From Octopus vulgaris (lineage: Eukaryota): a stretch of 64,000 nt of DNA. The notes under the pieces are model-generated. The model was not told the origin of the DNA. It saw nothing but the letters and a program-made list of their open reading frames with translations, and did no database searches. This document shows positions 1 through 12,182 of this stretch, one piece after another (positions within the stretch are counted from its first letter, which is position 1; each line of letters opens with the position of its first letter). The DNA lies in the NCBI GenBank assembly GCA_951406725.2, contig OX597822.1:86676001-86740000 (forward strand). The letters are read 5' to 3'. Both the position numbers and the translations under genes were made by a program.

Positions 1-254
1 ACTCCAATAATCTTTTTGGTTTTAATCATGTTGATTGTTTACTTCCCTAAATGTTCCAATTTTGTGATTTTATTATTTTTAAAACTTCCATGGCACTAGA
101 GCTCTAATATTCCTTTTAATCAAACAGGTCTTTGAATCTTCCTCTGCTAATCCGTCAGGTAAATAGTGTCTACCTTCAACTGAGTAAACTAAAGCAAAGG
201 AAATATTGTCAATAATGTCTATTGATACAAAATTCAAAATGGAGATGTACCTAC

Positions 255-377
255 CTCAATTTCTTGGTTAATCTTTTCTGACAGCCATGCTTTAGCCCCA
301 TTTAAATCAACACCAGCTTTAATCAAACCAAGCTTCCCTCGTCTCTTAATCAGTTGGTCAGGTTTAACGACTAGTTT
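255..377 (-). CDS. ACLY: ATP-citrate lyase, second coding exon (41 aa)
   Basis: Reverse complement reads KLVVKPDQLIKRRGKLGLIKAGVDLNGAKAWLSEKINQEIE, matching the ACLY signature LVVKPDQLIKRRGKLGL. Flanked by tttcAG acceptor (378-379) and GTAG donor (253-254), phase 0, 123 nt. Confidence 0.96.
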
Positions 378-635
378 CTGAAATGATAAACAGAAATAAT
401 AAAATTAGTGAAATAAATCAAATTTTAACACCATGACATGGTGAACATTTTGCGGTCAAATAGGTCAATTATAGTTGATTAATTCAATCCCAGAACATGA
501 CTGGTATCTATTTTATCAATCTCTGAACAAATAAATGGAAAAGTTAATCCTTACAGAATTTCAACTCAAAATAAAGTAATTAAATACTACAGAAGGTTCT
601 AGTTCTATCAGCCACCTCCTTTCATAATCAATATA

Positions 636-870
636 TCATCATCATCATCGTTTAATGTCTGTTTTCCATGCTGGCATGGGTTGGATAGTTTGACTGAGGG
701 CTGGCAAGCCAGAAGGCTGCACCAGGATCCAATCTGATCTGGCAAAGTTTCTACAGCTGGATACCCTTCCTAATGCCAACCACTCTGAGAGTATAGTGGG
801 TGCTTTTTACATGTCAGCAGTACGGGACCAGTCAGCTAGCACTGGCATCAACCATGCTCAGTGCCAGTGC
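636..870 (-). mobile_element. RTE-LINE 3' tail fragment
   Basis: (CAT)n tail followed by the conserved block tttccatgctggcatgggttgg...cagctggatacccttcctaatgccaaccact, shared with the RTE copies at 1.3, 38-40, 47 and 56 kb. Confidence 0.85.
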
Positions 871-1279
871 CAAGTAATAAAAAAATATTTGTGGTGATTT
901 CTACTATTTTTTAACAATTTTGCTTATATGCTGGCATTTAATAATGCCATTCCGTTTCAGTTCTGATTAGTTTTCTTGCTCAGTTTTTAATTATTCCACA
1001 GCTACAATTAGATCTTTGTCCGTACAGTCAAGATTTGTTCAAGTTTTCTACGGGATGTAGTCTTGCGTAATAAATTCAAAAATCAAATTCATTTTTGACA
1101 AATTTTGAAATTTTAGTCAATCAGAAGCCCCTATTATCAACATACCAGAAATTGCACTTGCCCGTTTCTATAGCCAGGTATTAGAACCAGTGCAAAGAGT
1201 AGGGTTAAGGTTAGGGGTTAGGGTTGAGGCAAAGGTATGAAAATTGTAATCTGTTGTAGAAACTTATTGAGTACAGAGC

Positions 1280-2085
1280 AGAATAAGACATGCGTAGGCT
1301 CGAAGGAAATGAAGCTAGCATGATCTGCTGGATCGTGCACACACGACAGAGTGTAAACGCCCTGAGAGAAATGTTAGACATAAAAAGCATCAGACGTGGC
1401 ATGCAAGAGAGACGTTTGTGTTGGTATGGTCATGTACTGCAAATGGATGAGGAGAGCTGTGTGAAGAAGTGCCACTCCCAAACAATGGAAGGATTCTAGG
1501 GTAGAGAGAGACTCATGAAGACTTGGGACGAGGTGGTGAAGCATGACCTTCGAACACTGGGCCTCACAGAGGCAATGACAAAAAAGCAAGACCTCTGGAG
1601 GCATGCTGTGACTAAGAAACGGCAAATAAAGTGAGTCTACAGCTGTAACCTACACCAATGTCGCATAACCAGCCCACTTAAAAGTATCTTGAATCGTAGG
1701 GCAACATGCCATATATCAACATCAGCAATATCAAAATCAAATTAAATGGAAATTGTAATTGTGAGCCCCATGCCGGTAGCATGTAAAAAGTACCATCCGA
1801 ACATGGCTGATGCCAGTGCTGCTTTGATTGGCTTCCGTGCCGGTGACACTTAAAAAGCACCATCCGCTCATGGTCAATGCCAGATCTTCTGGCCCCTGTG
1901 CCGGTGGCACGTAAAAAGCACCCACTACGCTCTTGGAATCGTTGGCATTAGGAAGGGCATCCAGTTGTAGAAACACTGCCAGATCAGATTGGGGCCTGGT
2001 GCAGCCTCTTGGCTTCCCAAACCCCAGTTGAACCGTCCAACTCATGCCAGTATGGAAAAAGGACATTAAATGATGATGATGATGA
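1280..2085 (+). mobile_element. 5'-truncated RTE LINE (ORF C-terminus plus 3' UTR)
   Basis: Translates MRRLEGNEASMICW...RRLCWYGHVLQMDEESCVKKC, an RTE ORF2 C-terminus, and ends in (GAT)n. Confidence 0.9.
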
Positions 2086-2332
2086 CCAGTTTTTGTTCTT
2101 TCATTTCAAAACTTTTCACTACATTTTTATTTTATTTCATTGTATTTCTGTTATCTTTCAGTTTTGTCATCAAATTCTTTTTATTTATCAAAGTAAAAAA
2201 TTTTAAATCTTTTAAGGTTTTGTAATGTTATCATTTTCCTATCAACTCATGGAAATTATGATTGTCAGTATGTTGATAACAGAGGTTTACAATTGGCTAA
2301 ATTTTCAAACTTTATTATGATTAATCTCAATA

Positions 2333-2550
2333 TGGCAGTGAGTTGGCAGAACTGTTAGCATGGTAGGGTAAAATATTTAGTGGCATTTTGTCCGTCTTTA
2401 TGTTCTGAGATCAAATTCCACCGAGGTCGACTTCGCTTTTCATCCTTTCGGAGTTGATAAAGTAAGTGCCAGTTGAGCAGTGGAGTTGATGTACTTGACT
2501 GTCCCTCTCCCAGAAATTGCTGGTCTTGTGCCAAAGTTTGAAGCCATTAG
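2333..2550 (+). mobile_element. tRNA-derived SINE, family C
   Basis: A-box-like gagttggcagaa, B-box-like gagatcaaattcc, and central block tttcatcctttcggagttgataaagtaagt; homologous to the copies at 24.5 and 44.4-45.0 kb. Confidence 0.8.
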
Positions 2551-2924
2551 TATTAATTTCAATAAAAAATTAATGTGACCTTTGTCATCAGTACACAAAA
2601 CTACATCAGTGGGGAAGATATGAACAAAATTAGATGGTACATACAAAAACCAGAAAGATCCCAACAATCTCCCAAAACCTACAAATAGTTAACAAAATTT
2701 CTTTATATTCATTCAACTATTTCGTTGTTCTACTTTATATTATTTTGTTTTCTCAATACTAAAGATCTTTCCTGTCTTATTTCCTTTTCGGGGTACCTCA
2801 AATAGCACCAATTAAGCAAAAAGAATCATAGCCCACATTATGTCATTATGTTCTGTCAGAAGTCATCATATGAATAGCTGCTATGAGAAATAAGAACTCA
2901 CTGTGTTAAGAATAGGAACTATTC

Positions 2925-3126
2925 TTACCACAGGCGAAATGCTTAGCGGTATTTCGTCTGCCGTTACATTCTGAGTTGAAATTCCACCAAGGTCAACTTT
3001 GCCTCTCATCCTTTCGGGGTTGATAAACTAAGTACCAGTTACACACTGGGGTCGATGTAATCAACTAAATCCCTTTGTCTGTCCTCGTTTGTCCCTCTGT
3101 TTAGCCCTTTGTGGGCAATAACGAAA
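2925..3126 (+). mobile_element. SINE family C variant with alternative tail and target-site duplication
   Basis: Same body as 2333-2550 but a different 3' tail; flanked by taagaataggaactatt (2907-2923) and taagaaaaggaagtatt (3127-3143). Confidence 0.8.
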
Positions 3127-3221
3127 TAAGAAAAGGAAGTATTTTATAGGCAATAACTCTCATCAGTTCACAATGCTAACTTCAAATGCTCTCCAGTGTC
3201 AGGAACACGAACAGATGGACG

Positions 3222-3606
3222 GTCAGCCAGTCTGTCTGTCTCTCTGTCAGCCAGCCAGCCAGCCATTCAGTCAGTCTTTGTCAACCAGCCAGCCTGTCCA
3301 TCAGTCAGTCTCTGTCAGCCAGCCAGCCTGTCTATCAGTCAGTCTCTGTCAGCCAGCCAGCCTGTCAGTCAGTCACTGTCAGCCAGCCAGCCTGTCAGTC
3401 AGTCAGTCAGTCTCTGTCAGCCAGCCAGCCTGTCCGTCAGTCAGTCTCTGTCAGCCAGCCAGCCTGTCCGTCAGTCAGTCTCTGTCAGCCAGCCAGCCTG
3501 TCAGTCTCTGTCAGCCTCTCTGCCTGACAGCCAGTTAGTCAGTCTCTCTGTCCAACAGTCAGTCAGTCTCTCTGCCCAACAGTCTGTCTGTCAGTGTGTG
3601 TGTGTG
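3222..3606. repeat. Compound CAGT/CAGC minisatellite (about 28-36 bp higher-order unit)
   Basis: Repeated cagtcagtctctgtcagccagccagcctgt, ending in (TG)n. Confidence 0.95.
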
Positions 3607-5159
3607 TGCCCATGTGCATAAGCACATGTATTCTCTTCAACCATAACATCAAGATGAAGTTTCCAACAGTGAAGTCACTCATCCCTACAACTCAAATTAC
3701 CACAACTAATCTAAAACACCAGATCTCAGTCACTCAACATTTCTTCTGTATTTTTACCAGCCATATCTAGTGCATCACCTGCACACTTTAAAATGCACTA
3801 TCTGTCAATATTGTTTCGTTAATTCTTTAATCCACAATCAACCACTTCTCCTCCTTACAACACCAACTACCTTCCACCCCCATCCCCTCGTCAATACCTG
3901 CACACCCATTCAATTATTGGTGCTACTTTGGTGTGCTGTCTACCAGAGTATCCATGGTCCATGGATGAAATGTCCTGATCAGGGTTAGGTTCAGAGTTTA
4001 AGGTTAAAGTTAGGGTTTACAACTAGAGTTTGACTGCATGCTAAAGTGTAAATTGCCAGGTAGATAACATACTAAAGTGGCACCCAATTAGTTTCACGAT
4101 TTTCACAATTTTTTTCCCTGCATTTACTGATCTCTAGCTACAGGACAAAGAAACAGATTTAATTCCTTTTCGCTTTCTCTAATACACTGCCTATATCCAC
4201 TTCCTGTCCAACCCATTTCTCTTCATCCTGTCTCAATATATTCTTTCTTAGTTTTCACATGAAACATTTCTTTCCTTTCCCTTGAAGAGACAGTTGTTTA
4301 AAAACAGACAGCTCTTCTTCCCAAAACAATTTTTGCTTTGGCAACATTTAAGGAAATTCTTGAAAGGGTTCACTATGTTTATTTGTTATAAGAGCGAGAG
4401 AGAAATTGAAGTTGGTCTGTGGGCAGGTAAATGATGAAGAAATTAAAGTTGAAAGGAAAAACAGAGGAATGGGAAGAAGAGAAGGTGGTGAAGGAGAGCC
4501 AGGAATAGTGTGGGGATGAGGTAGAAAGTTAGAATTGGAAGGGGGGGGTAGAAAGAGTAAGGCAAAAGGAAAAGATGAAGTCTAAATAAAGAAGGAAAGA
4601 CTAAGTAGAGCAAACAAAAGACAAAAGAAAGCTTGTAACAAGAAAACTGTCTAAGTACAAAGTACTTGTAGAGTATTCTTAAATTACAATGAGTGAAGTA
4701 ACTGGCCAGTAAAGAGGATTGCATACACTTATAAACCCTTAGTCGTACCAGAAAAGAATACATCTACAAATACATACAGACATATGCCCATATACACGAT
4801 ACTCTCATTTACAAGTACATACACACATATGCACCCTCAATGAAAGGCATACACGCACACACAGAGGCACATACGAGTATGCCGACTGTTACAGAGGAGT
4901 ATATACACAAATATATGTATGTACTTATATACGCAATAATACAGATATAGAATATTTTTTAACTGAAAGAACAGAAAAGACAACAGCAGAGGTCATTTGG
5001 GGAAAAGCTGTTACTGTCTGCAATATTATTATTAATGCCATTTAACATTGACTTACAAAGGTTCAAGCTGAACACTAATGGCAGCAACATCACTAATCTA
5101 GTGGGGAAGGGTGTCTGTAAAAGTCATGGCTACTGTCCTTTTCTCCAGATCCAGGAAGT

Positions 5160-5161
<2 letters not shown>

Positions 5162-5207
<46 letters not shown>
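5162..5207. repeat. (TA)n microsatellite; others at about 8218, 29510, 33160, 46619, 51290, 59327 and 61234
   Basis: Direct inspection. Confidence 0.95.
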
Positions 5208-5211
<4 letters not shown>

Positions 5212-6092
5212 AATAAACTTAGTAAAAAATACACAAGATTTAAAGTAGGAGGAAGTGAAAAATCAAAGATGAAAAGGGGAGATGTTATGGTAAGGGAAGA
5301 AGAGAAAGTGAGTTTAGACTTAAGGAAGGTGAAAAAGGCAGGAGAGCTTGCATAGGATGAGAGTTTATAAGGGAAGGGGTGGAAAAAATGTTGAAAGGGG
5401 GAGAGAGGAAAGAAGACATCACAATGGAAGGTAGAAAAGACCTAAATAACGAGAGAGAAAAAGGATTATCTAACGGAAGTAAGGTTAACTTAAGAGGAAA
5501 GTCAAAAAACACTTAAAAGGGGCCCAAGAAAGAGTAGTGTAGGAAGAGGGAGAAACAGAATGAGAAAAGAAAGTGCAGAAGATCTAATCAAGGAAAGAAG
5601 TAACAAGAGATTTACTGGTGTCAAGAGAAAAAGTGGGGTGGTAATTAGCAAAAAGAGCAAAGTTAATTAACTGTAATAGAGAGGAGACATTAGTTTAGAG
5701 ACATAGCTGAAAAGAAGATAAAGAAAAAAAAAAACTGGTTTGACAAAATTTTGTCAGGTGAGCAAGTTGATAGTTATTTATATTAAACATCCTATAAAAT
5801 GCAACAAGTTCATTGGTTACTGATAGGTCAACAGCTAACCCAGCTGAACTGAACAAGTATAACCAAGATTAACCTCTTTAATACCACCCCACACAAGACT
5901 CCTCCTGCTAAAAAAATTTTCATATTTAAATTTAAAATCTCTTCTCAAGTTCTTATAACGGGAAGGTTAGCATGAAAATTTAGTTAATCAAAGCCAATAA
6001 TACATTCTGACATATAAAATTAGAGATAGTTTATTAAACCCCCTCCAAACTCTTGAATATTTTCATTAATAATTAAACTCAGTAGGCAACCT

Positions 6093-6230
6093 AGTAAATA
6101 GAAATTATTCCCAAAAGAATTAACACCGAGATGAAAAGAAAGTGAAGATTAAACACTGCAGTAAATAGAAATTATTCCCAAAAGAATTAACACCGAGATG
6201 AAAAGAAAGTGAAGATTAAACACTGCAGTA
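6093..6230. repeat. Perfect 67-bp tandem duplication
   Basis: agtaaatagaaattattcc...gattaaacactgc occurs at 6093-6159 and again at 6160-6226, followed by agta. Confidence 0.95.
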
Positions 6231-6294
6231 CCACAAAGTTCAAACAAAGTAAAGTTGAAAATTAAGTAATTAAAAAGGAAAATTATCTAAAGAA

Positions 6295-6551
6295 ATGGTT
6301 CTCAATTAGGATCCATATGATCCTTGAGGTCCAAACAAGATTTTATTAAAATTTAAGTGCAATAAATTGGCTCCGCTTTTACAAAACTCAAAATATTTTT
6401 AGTTATTTTTTAAATACAATTCCTAATAATATTTAATCATAAAAATATAAGGATTTTTTTTTTTTTAACATCAAATGGCTGTGAGTGTCCATTTCAGTAA
6501 AATAGGAACCAAAGAGATCCATAGGTAAAAAACTAGTTCCAGAATCACTGA
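6295..6551. mobile_element. hAT-type MITE
   Basis: Ends tggttctcaa / agaatcactg resemble CAGTGGTTCTCAA-type TIRs; interior is homologous to 18877-19081. Confidence 0.6.
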
Positions 6552-7467
6552 CCTAAATAAAGAATAGGTTTGGGATAATTGTTAAATGATGTAGATCAAA
6601 AGATATACTGGTCAATTTATGATTTGAAATGTAGATTAATACTTTTTACCTATACATTCCTTTATGCCTATATTTCCAGCCCTAAAGGTCACAGCCATGC
6701 TGGGGCACTGCCATACCCATTCAGCCAATCCACAGATGAATAATAATTTTTTTTAAATCAAACTTTTAATTGAGAGTCTTGACTAAAACTTGATTTGAAT
6801 TAATGTTCACAAGACAAAAAAAAAAAGACATGCAACTAACTGCTGCAGTGTACATAGACATACATTTTAAATAAATTATTTACAAATCTTAAAATGCCTT
6901 ATCTATAAAGTAAAATTTTTTATTTAAAAAACTATCCTTATAGAATACAATAATTTGTCCTTTTTGTTTTTTGTGTTATTGAAGAGTAAACCATGGGAGA
7001 CAGAATTGAATTCCTTTGAAATTTTCAAACACTTCTATAAAAGTTATTTTTAATCTAATTAAAAACACTCTTTTCTTGAAATATGCTGGTAGCCATTAAC
7101 TCTAGATATACACATAAATGCAATAGAGTACCTTATTAAAATTATTTCATTTCAAGATAGACAAAGTGATTCAATTTTTTTACCTAAAGTAACCAATAAT
7201 AAATACATTCATGTTTAAAGAAATATTAGAATTTAGATAGAATTATGTCATACACAAAAGATTGACCTTGAAAAACAGGACATAACCTTGAAATGATTGT
7301 ACATAAACAAACTACTTGGAAGAAAGGTAACAACATGATACAATATACAGAGGCCTTCAGCAAAGGGCTGATCCTTTTTTTTTTTTTTTACAAACAATCC
7401 TATAAAATCACATACATAAACACACACACACGTGCACACACATTTGCATAAATCAACAACAGTCTAC

Positions 7468-7617
7468 CTCAGAGAAAAGCCATCGGTTATTCTGTTCCAC
7501 TTCATCCCAGTTAGTATCCTCAGTAATGGTCACGACACGGTTCTTCGCAGCCTCATCTTTCAAATGGCGGTTTAATAACTCTTTCCCCTTTGCCTCAGAA
7601 ATTGCTTTGGCAGACAT
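7468..7617 (-). CDS. ACLY: ATP-citrate lyase, first coding exon (50 aa; exon extends to 7628 with an 11-nt leader)
   Basis: Reads MSAKAISEAKGKELLNRHLKDEAAKNRVVTITEDTNWDEVEQNNRWLFSE, matching the ACLY N-terminus MSAKAISE..GKELL. Pyrimidine tract plus AG at 7629-7630, GT donor at 7466-7467; splices in frame to 255-377. Confidence 0.96.
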
Positions 7618-8674
7618 GGTGTACCAGTCTGGAAAGAAGAAACATAAATAAGTTCATATTAGTTATTAATTAAGCAAATTAATCTAAAGAAAGAAAAACA
7701 AATGAGATAAAATGAAACACTGTAGTAAGGTATCCTAAACATAAATATGAAGGAAATTGTAGCAGCACACACAAGCTGCAACAAAACACTCAGAAATTGA
7801 AGAGTTAATCAGTTTTGGTTTCTCAACCATTTGGCAGTTATTAATTAATATTATAGTAACAAACAATAATAATGGTTAGATGTGTTCTTACCTAAATTTA
7901 ACAGTCAAGAGGAAAATAAAAACTGTTCCTTTTGCTAGAGCAAATGTTATGGCTATCAGAAAAATCAATAAAATCAGTCAGCAGTCAGATAAGCACTAGT
8001 CTACAGAGAAAGGGGTTAGAAAAGGTACCAGAACACAGAAAGTAGCGGTTGAAAGGAGGGAATAATAATTTTGCGGAGGAGGAAGTATTTCAATTGGAGA
8101 TATTTAACTAAAGCAAAAACATAAGGTGGGGTGGAGGAGATGGTACACATGACAAGTGGTATAGGAGAGAGAAAGACAGAATGAGTGAATGAATGAAAGA
8201 GAGTGCAAAAAAAAACATATATATATATATATATATATACATACAATTTGAGAACTGAATAAATCAGTGGATGCTTAGAGATCTGCAACAATTGAGTTGA
8301 ATTAGGAATCGATACTGTATGTAGGAGGAGACATTTTGTCTAGCCTAAAACAAGCAGTTCTTAATAAATCAAAGACACCATACTACAATCAATTAAGTTT
8401 CTTATAATTGTTATTTGGCACAAAAAGAGGGTTAAGGGTAAGGATATACAGAGAGACTCTGTAAACAGATAAAATACATACACACCACCACCACCACCAC
8501 CACCACCCAGGCATAGAGAAATGCGGAAGCTAAGAGAAACTATTAATTTCCAGTTAAATTCTTTTTTAATGATTCCTGAACCCAGACAGGGTCTGAGTAT
8601 GTCTTCAGATTCTGTTTTATGGTGTATAGGTAGGTTTTCACAGCTCTCAGCCCCCTTTTGTTTATCTTAGTCCT

Positions 8675-9800
8675 CCAGGCCTTAACGGAAGAATTCAAGA
8701 CCAGCTGCCCTTGAGAGCTCCTCTACTCTGATGACCTTGTTCTTAAAGTTGAATCACTACCTGATCTAGGGAAAAAATTTCAGGTGTGGAAGCGAGGCCT
8801 GGAATCTAAGGGCTATAGAGTTCATTTAGCAAAAACCAAGTCCTAGTAAGTAGGAAAACAGACAAATCACAACTGCCTTCAGGTAGATGGCCCTGCTCAA
8901 TATGTAAGGGTGTTGGTAGAAATTCCATAAGCTGTACCCAGTGCAAGCTTTGGGCATACAAGAGGTGTAGTGATATCACAGGAAGGTTAACAAAGATAGC
9001 CTTTGTGTGCAGCAAATGTGTGGGTACAATATGCACTAAAAATGCACAGACAACAGACTCCCTCAAATACTCAGGGAGATACATTAGAAGTAGTAGATAC
9101 CTTCTGTTACTTAGGAGACCAAATTAGCAGTGGTGGAAGAAGTTTTGAAAGCAGTTACTAGCATAATAATGGGCTGGGCAAAGTTCAGGGAGCTTCTAAT
9201 TTTTTGGTAACTAAGGGCTTCTCCTTCAGAGTGAAAGGCAGAGTGCATGAATCCTGTGTATGTACAGCTATGTTGCATGGCAGTGAAACATGGGCTTTGA
9301 CTACAGAGGACTTGCAAAGGCTTGAAAGAAATGAAGCTAGCATGCTCTGCTAGATGGGTAATGTCAGTGTGTATGCATGACCGAGTGTAAATGATTTAAG
9401 AGGAAAACTGGGTATAAGAGGCATCAGATGTTGTGTGCAAGAGAGAAGACTGTGCTGGATGGGTCCTGTGATGCATATAAATGAAGACAGCTGTGTAAAG
9501 AAGTGCTGAGCTCTAATTGTGGAGGGAACCTGTGGATAGAGTTGACCCAGAAAGACGTGGGATGAAGTGGTGAGAAAGGATCTTCAGATGCTGGGCATCA
9601 CTGTGGGAATGACAAGGGACTGGGAAATGTGGTGATATGCTGTACTTGAAAAGACGTGTCAAGCTAAATAAAATTTTTGTCTTCCATACATATAGGATTG
9701 TCTTTTAGGTGCCAGTACTACATAAAAAGTACCTGTTGCAGGTGCTGCATAAACACACTTGTACTGGTACCACAGAAAAGCATCCAGCTCACTCTATTAA
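8675..9800 (+). mobile_element. Degenerate RTE LINE (RT C-terminal half)
   Basis: LYSDDL (YADD-like), WPCSIC...CTQC, FCYLGD and GSETW motifs, with stops and frameshifts. Confidence 0.9.
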
Positions 9801-9884
9801 ATGGTGCATGGTTTCTCAGAGGAGGGATCAAGCACTCCTAAGGGGTGGGGTGGGGTCTGAGGATTGAAAAGTGAACAGATTGAT

Positions 9885-10250
9885 ATCTTTTATCTTACTA
9901 GTTCCAGTCACAGGATTGTGGTCATGCTAAGGCACAGCATTGGTGAGTTTTAGTAGAACAAATCGATCCCAACACTTATTCTGTTATGTCTGGTACTTAT
10001 TCTATCAGTCTCTTTAGCCAAACCACTAAGTCTTCGGGACATAAAACAACAATACTTGTCAAGTTGTGGGGGGTACAAACGCAGATACAAAGCAAGATAC
10101 ACATTTGTATATATAATGGGCTTCCACACAGTTTTCACATATCAAATTCATTCACAAGGCATTGATCAGCTTGGGGCTATAATAGAAGACAGTGGGACTT
10201 ATACCCAAAACTACTGGGTTGCTAAGCAAGTTTCTTACCCACACAGCCAT
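9885..10250 (-). mobile_element. tRNA-derived SINE, family B
   Basis: Reverse-strand homologue of the full copy at 40776-41180. Confidence 0.8.
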
Positions 10251-10899
10251 GAAGGTTTCCATTTTTGTTTTTTTACTTTATCAAATACAAGTAGTGAAGA
10301 AGAATTATTTGGACAAAAGTCTATTTTGTCACACCATTAATAAAGAGAAAGGAGAGAAGGTAAATTCACAAATATTTTGGAGGTGGAGAGAGATGCTGGT
10401 ATTTGTGTGTTAGAGAATCACTTTTCTTATGTCTAACATTTGTTCAGCTTGTGTGACATTGTACTATAGTTTCAATGTTTCCTTTGTGGTGCTATGAATA
10501 CAGCAAACACAAATATTTACCTTTCAGTCAAAATAAATAAATACTCGGAAATATAAACTATTTTAAGAAAACTTTGACCTTCACATAGGTTGGCATGAAA
10601 TGCAGGAAGAGAAAGCTGCACAGCATTGGTCATGTTTATTTTGACAATAACTTCAACTGGAGAAGAATTTCAAAATATGCAGTTTTACTTGAAGCAAGCT
10701 TCTCAACAAGTACGTCATTACAAAACATGTTTGACTACAATAAAATACACAAATACTATAAAAGTAAAATGTGTGTAGAGAGAGAAGTGGGTGTTTATTG
10801 ATGGAATCAACCTCCAGGACATAACAGGAACTAAGCAAATATCAATGGAATTGGAACCGAAATCCTAAAGGTTGCAAACTAAATGTTGGTGTGTATCTA

Positions 10900-11500
10900 T
10901 GGATTAAGTGCAGATTTGGCTGTATGTGGATGACACTTGAATGCTAAAGGATAGAAAAGAATGAAGGCATTATTGGAGGTGGCAACATGTAGACTATTGA
11001 TGTATAGAAGGAAGAGGTTGGAGACAGGACCAAACATGAAACACACCACAGTTTAAAGTGTTGGATAGAGAAGCTAACCATATTAGTAAACACTGGAAGT
11101 GTGATCAGACAAGATGCTGATGATCCAAGAGATGAAAGATGGATGGAGACTACAGCTAGATAATTTTGACAGGAGATTTGCATGTCAGACATGGCTGGAA
11201 GCTTTGTTAATGTTGAAGGTAATAACGATGCTTTCGCCAAGTTTCTTTGAGGTGAAAGTCCATTGACACAGGAGGGCAAATCTCCAGTAAATCTAGTTTT
11301 ATGAAAACTATAGTGGTGATCATAAAAGAGAAAGATAGGGAGATATTCAAATTGTCAGAGAAAGTTGCTGTTGATGGCTATCTACCTTATTTTTGAGGTT
11401 TTAGAAATGAATGCAACAGGACAATAGTTGACAAGATCAGACAGGTTGTGATTCTTGGAATGGGACACACTGTAGCATGTTTTCAAAAATTAGGATAGAT
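10900..11500 (-). mobile_element. Old LINE RT remnant (CR1/L2/Jockey-like)
   Basis: Minus strand near 11430-11490 reads KHATVCPIP..N..DLVNYCP, a decayed WK.A.V.PI.K...NYRP motif. Confidence 0.45.
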
Positions 11501-12046
11501 GTAGAGAGAGAGAGAGAGAGAGAGAGAAAGAGGGAGGCTGATGTTGAAGAGTTTAGTAGGTGTTGAGGATGGCTACAGGACAAATTGTTTTAGGTAATGG
11601 AAGGAGCTAGTGATGTTGCTAGTTTGAAATAGGTAGGTGGAGTTTTACAGATGGCATTTGAGTGTACAGTGACAAGCTTGTATAGACCCAACAGACAAAC
11701 CAGCTGTTGGGAGCCTATATAGTTGAAAAAGTCACTGAGGATATGAATGTAAGGAAAGGAAAGTAGCAGAGCTATGAGAAAAGATAGTCACTAAGTTGAT
11801 AATATCCAGTAAAGTAGGTCTGCACTAGTTAATCATTGCCATAGTTAATCAGGTATTTATGACAGGAGATGGGTATTTCCTATGAACTATGACTAGTATA
11901 ATTATATCATAAATTGATATAGTATCACAGATAAACTGATACAAGGACAAAAAATATATGCACTAGAGAAAGAAAAGGCAACTATAGAGGCATCAAATTG
12001 AGGGATCAAATTCTGATAGTAACAGAATGGGTTATAACATGATTCG

Positions 12047-12182
12047 TCATCATTTAATGTCCATTGTCCATGCTGGCATGGGTTGTACAGTTTGACCAGG
12101 ACTGGCAAGCTGGAAGGCTGCACCAGACTCGTCTGATTGGCATGGTTTCTACAACTGGATGCCCTTCTTAACACCAACCATT
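12047..12182 (-). mobile_element. RTE 3' tail fragment
   Basis: catcatttaatgtcc...ctggatgcccttcttaacaccaacca. Confidence 0.8.

Noticed and set aside
247-254. Intron start GTAGGT reads VG like the next ACLY residues and offers a second GT 4 nt away
   Set aside because: The first GT gives the phase-0, 123-nt exon expected for ACLY; the resemblance is probably coincidental.
1200-1229. TTAGGG-like repeats (also about 3981-4019)
   Set aside because: Only a few degenerate units; not a telomere or a convincing fusion scar.
3173-3621. Three overlapping 113-141 aa ORFs with SQPASLS repeats
   Set aside because: Translations of a CAGT/CAGC minisatellite inside an ACLY intron, on the opposite strand.
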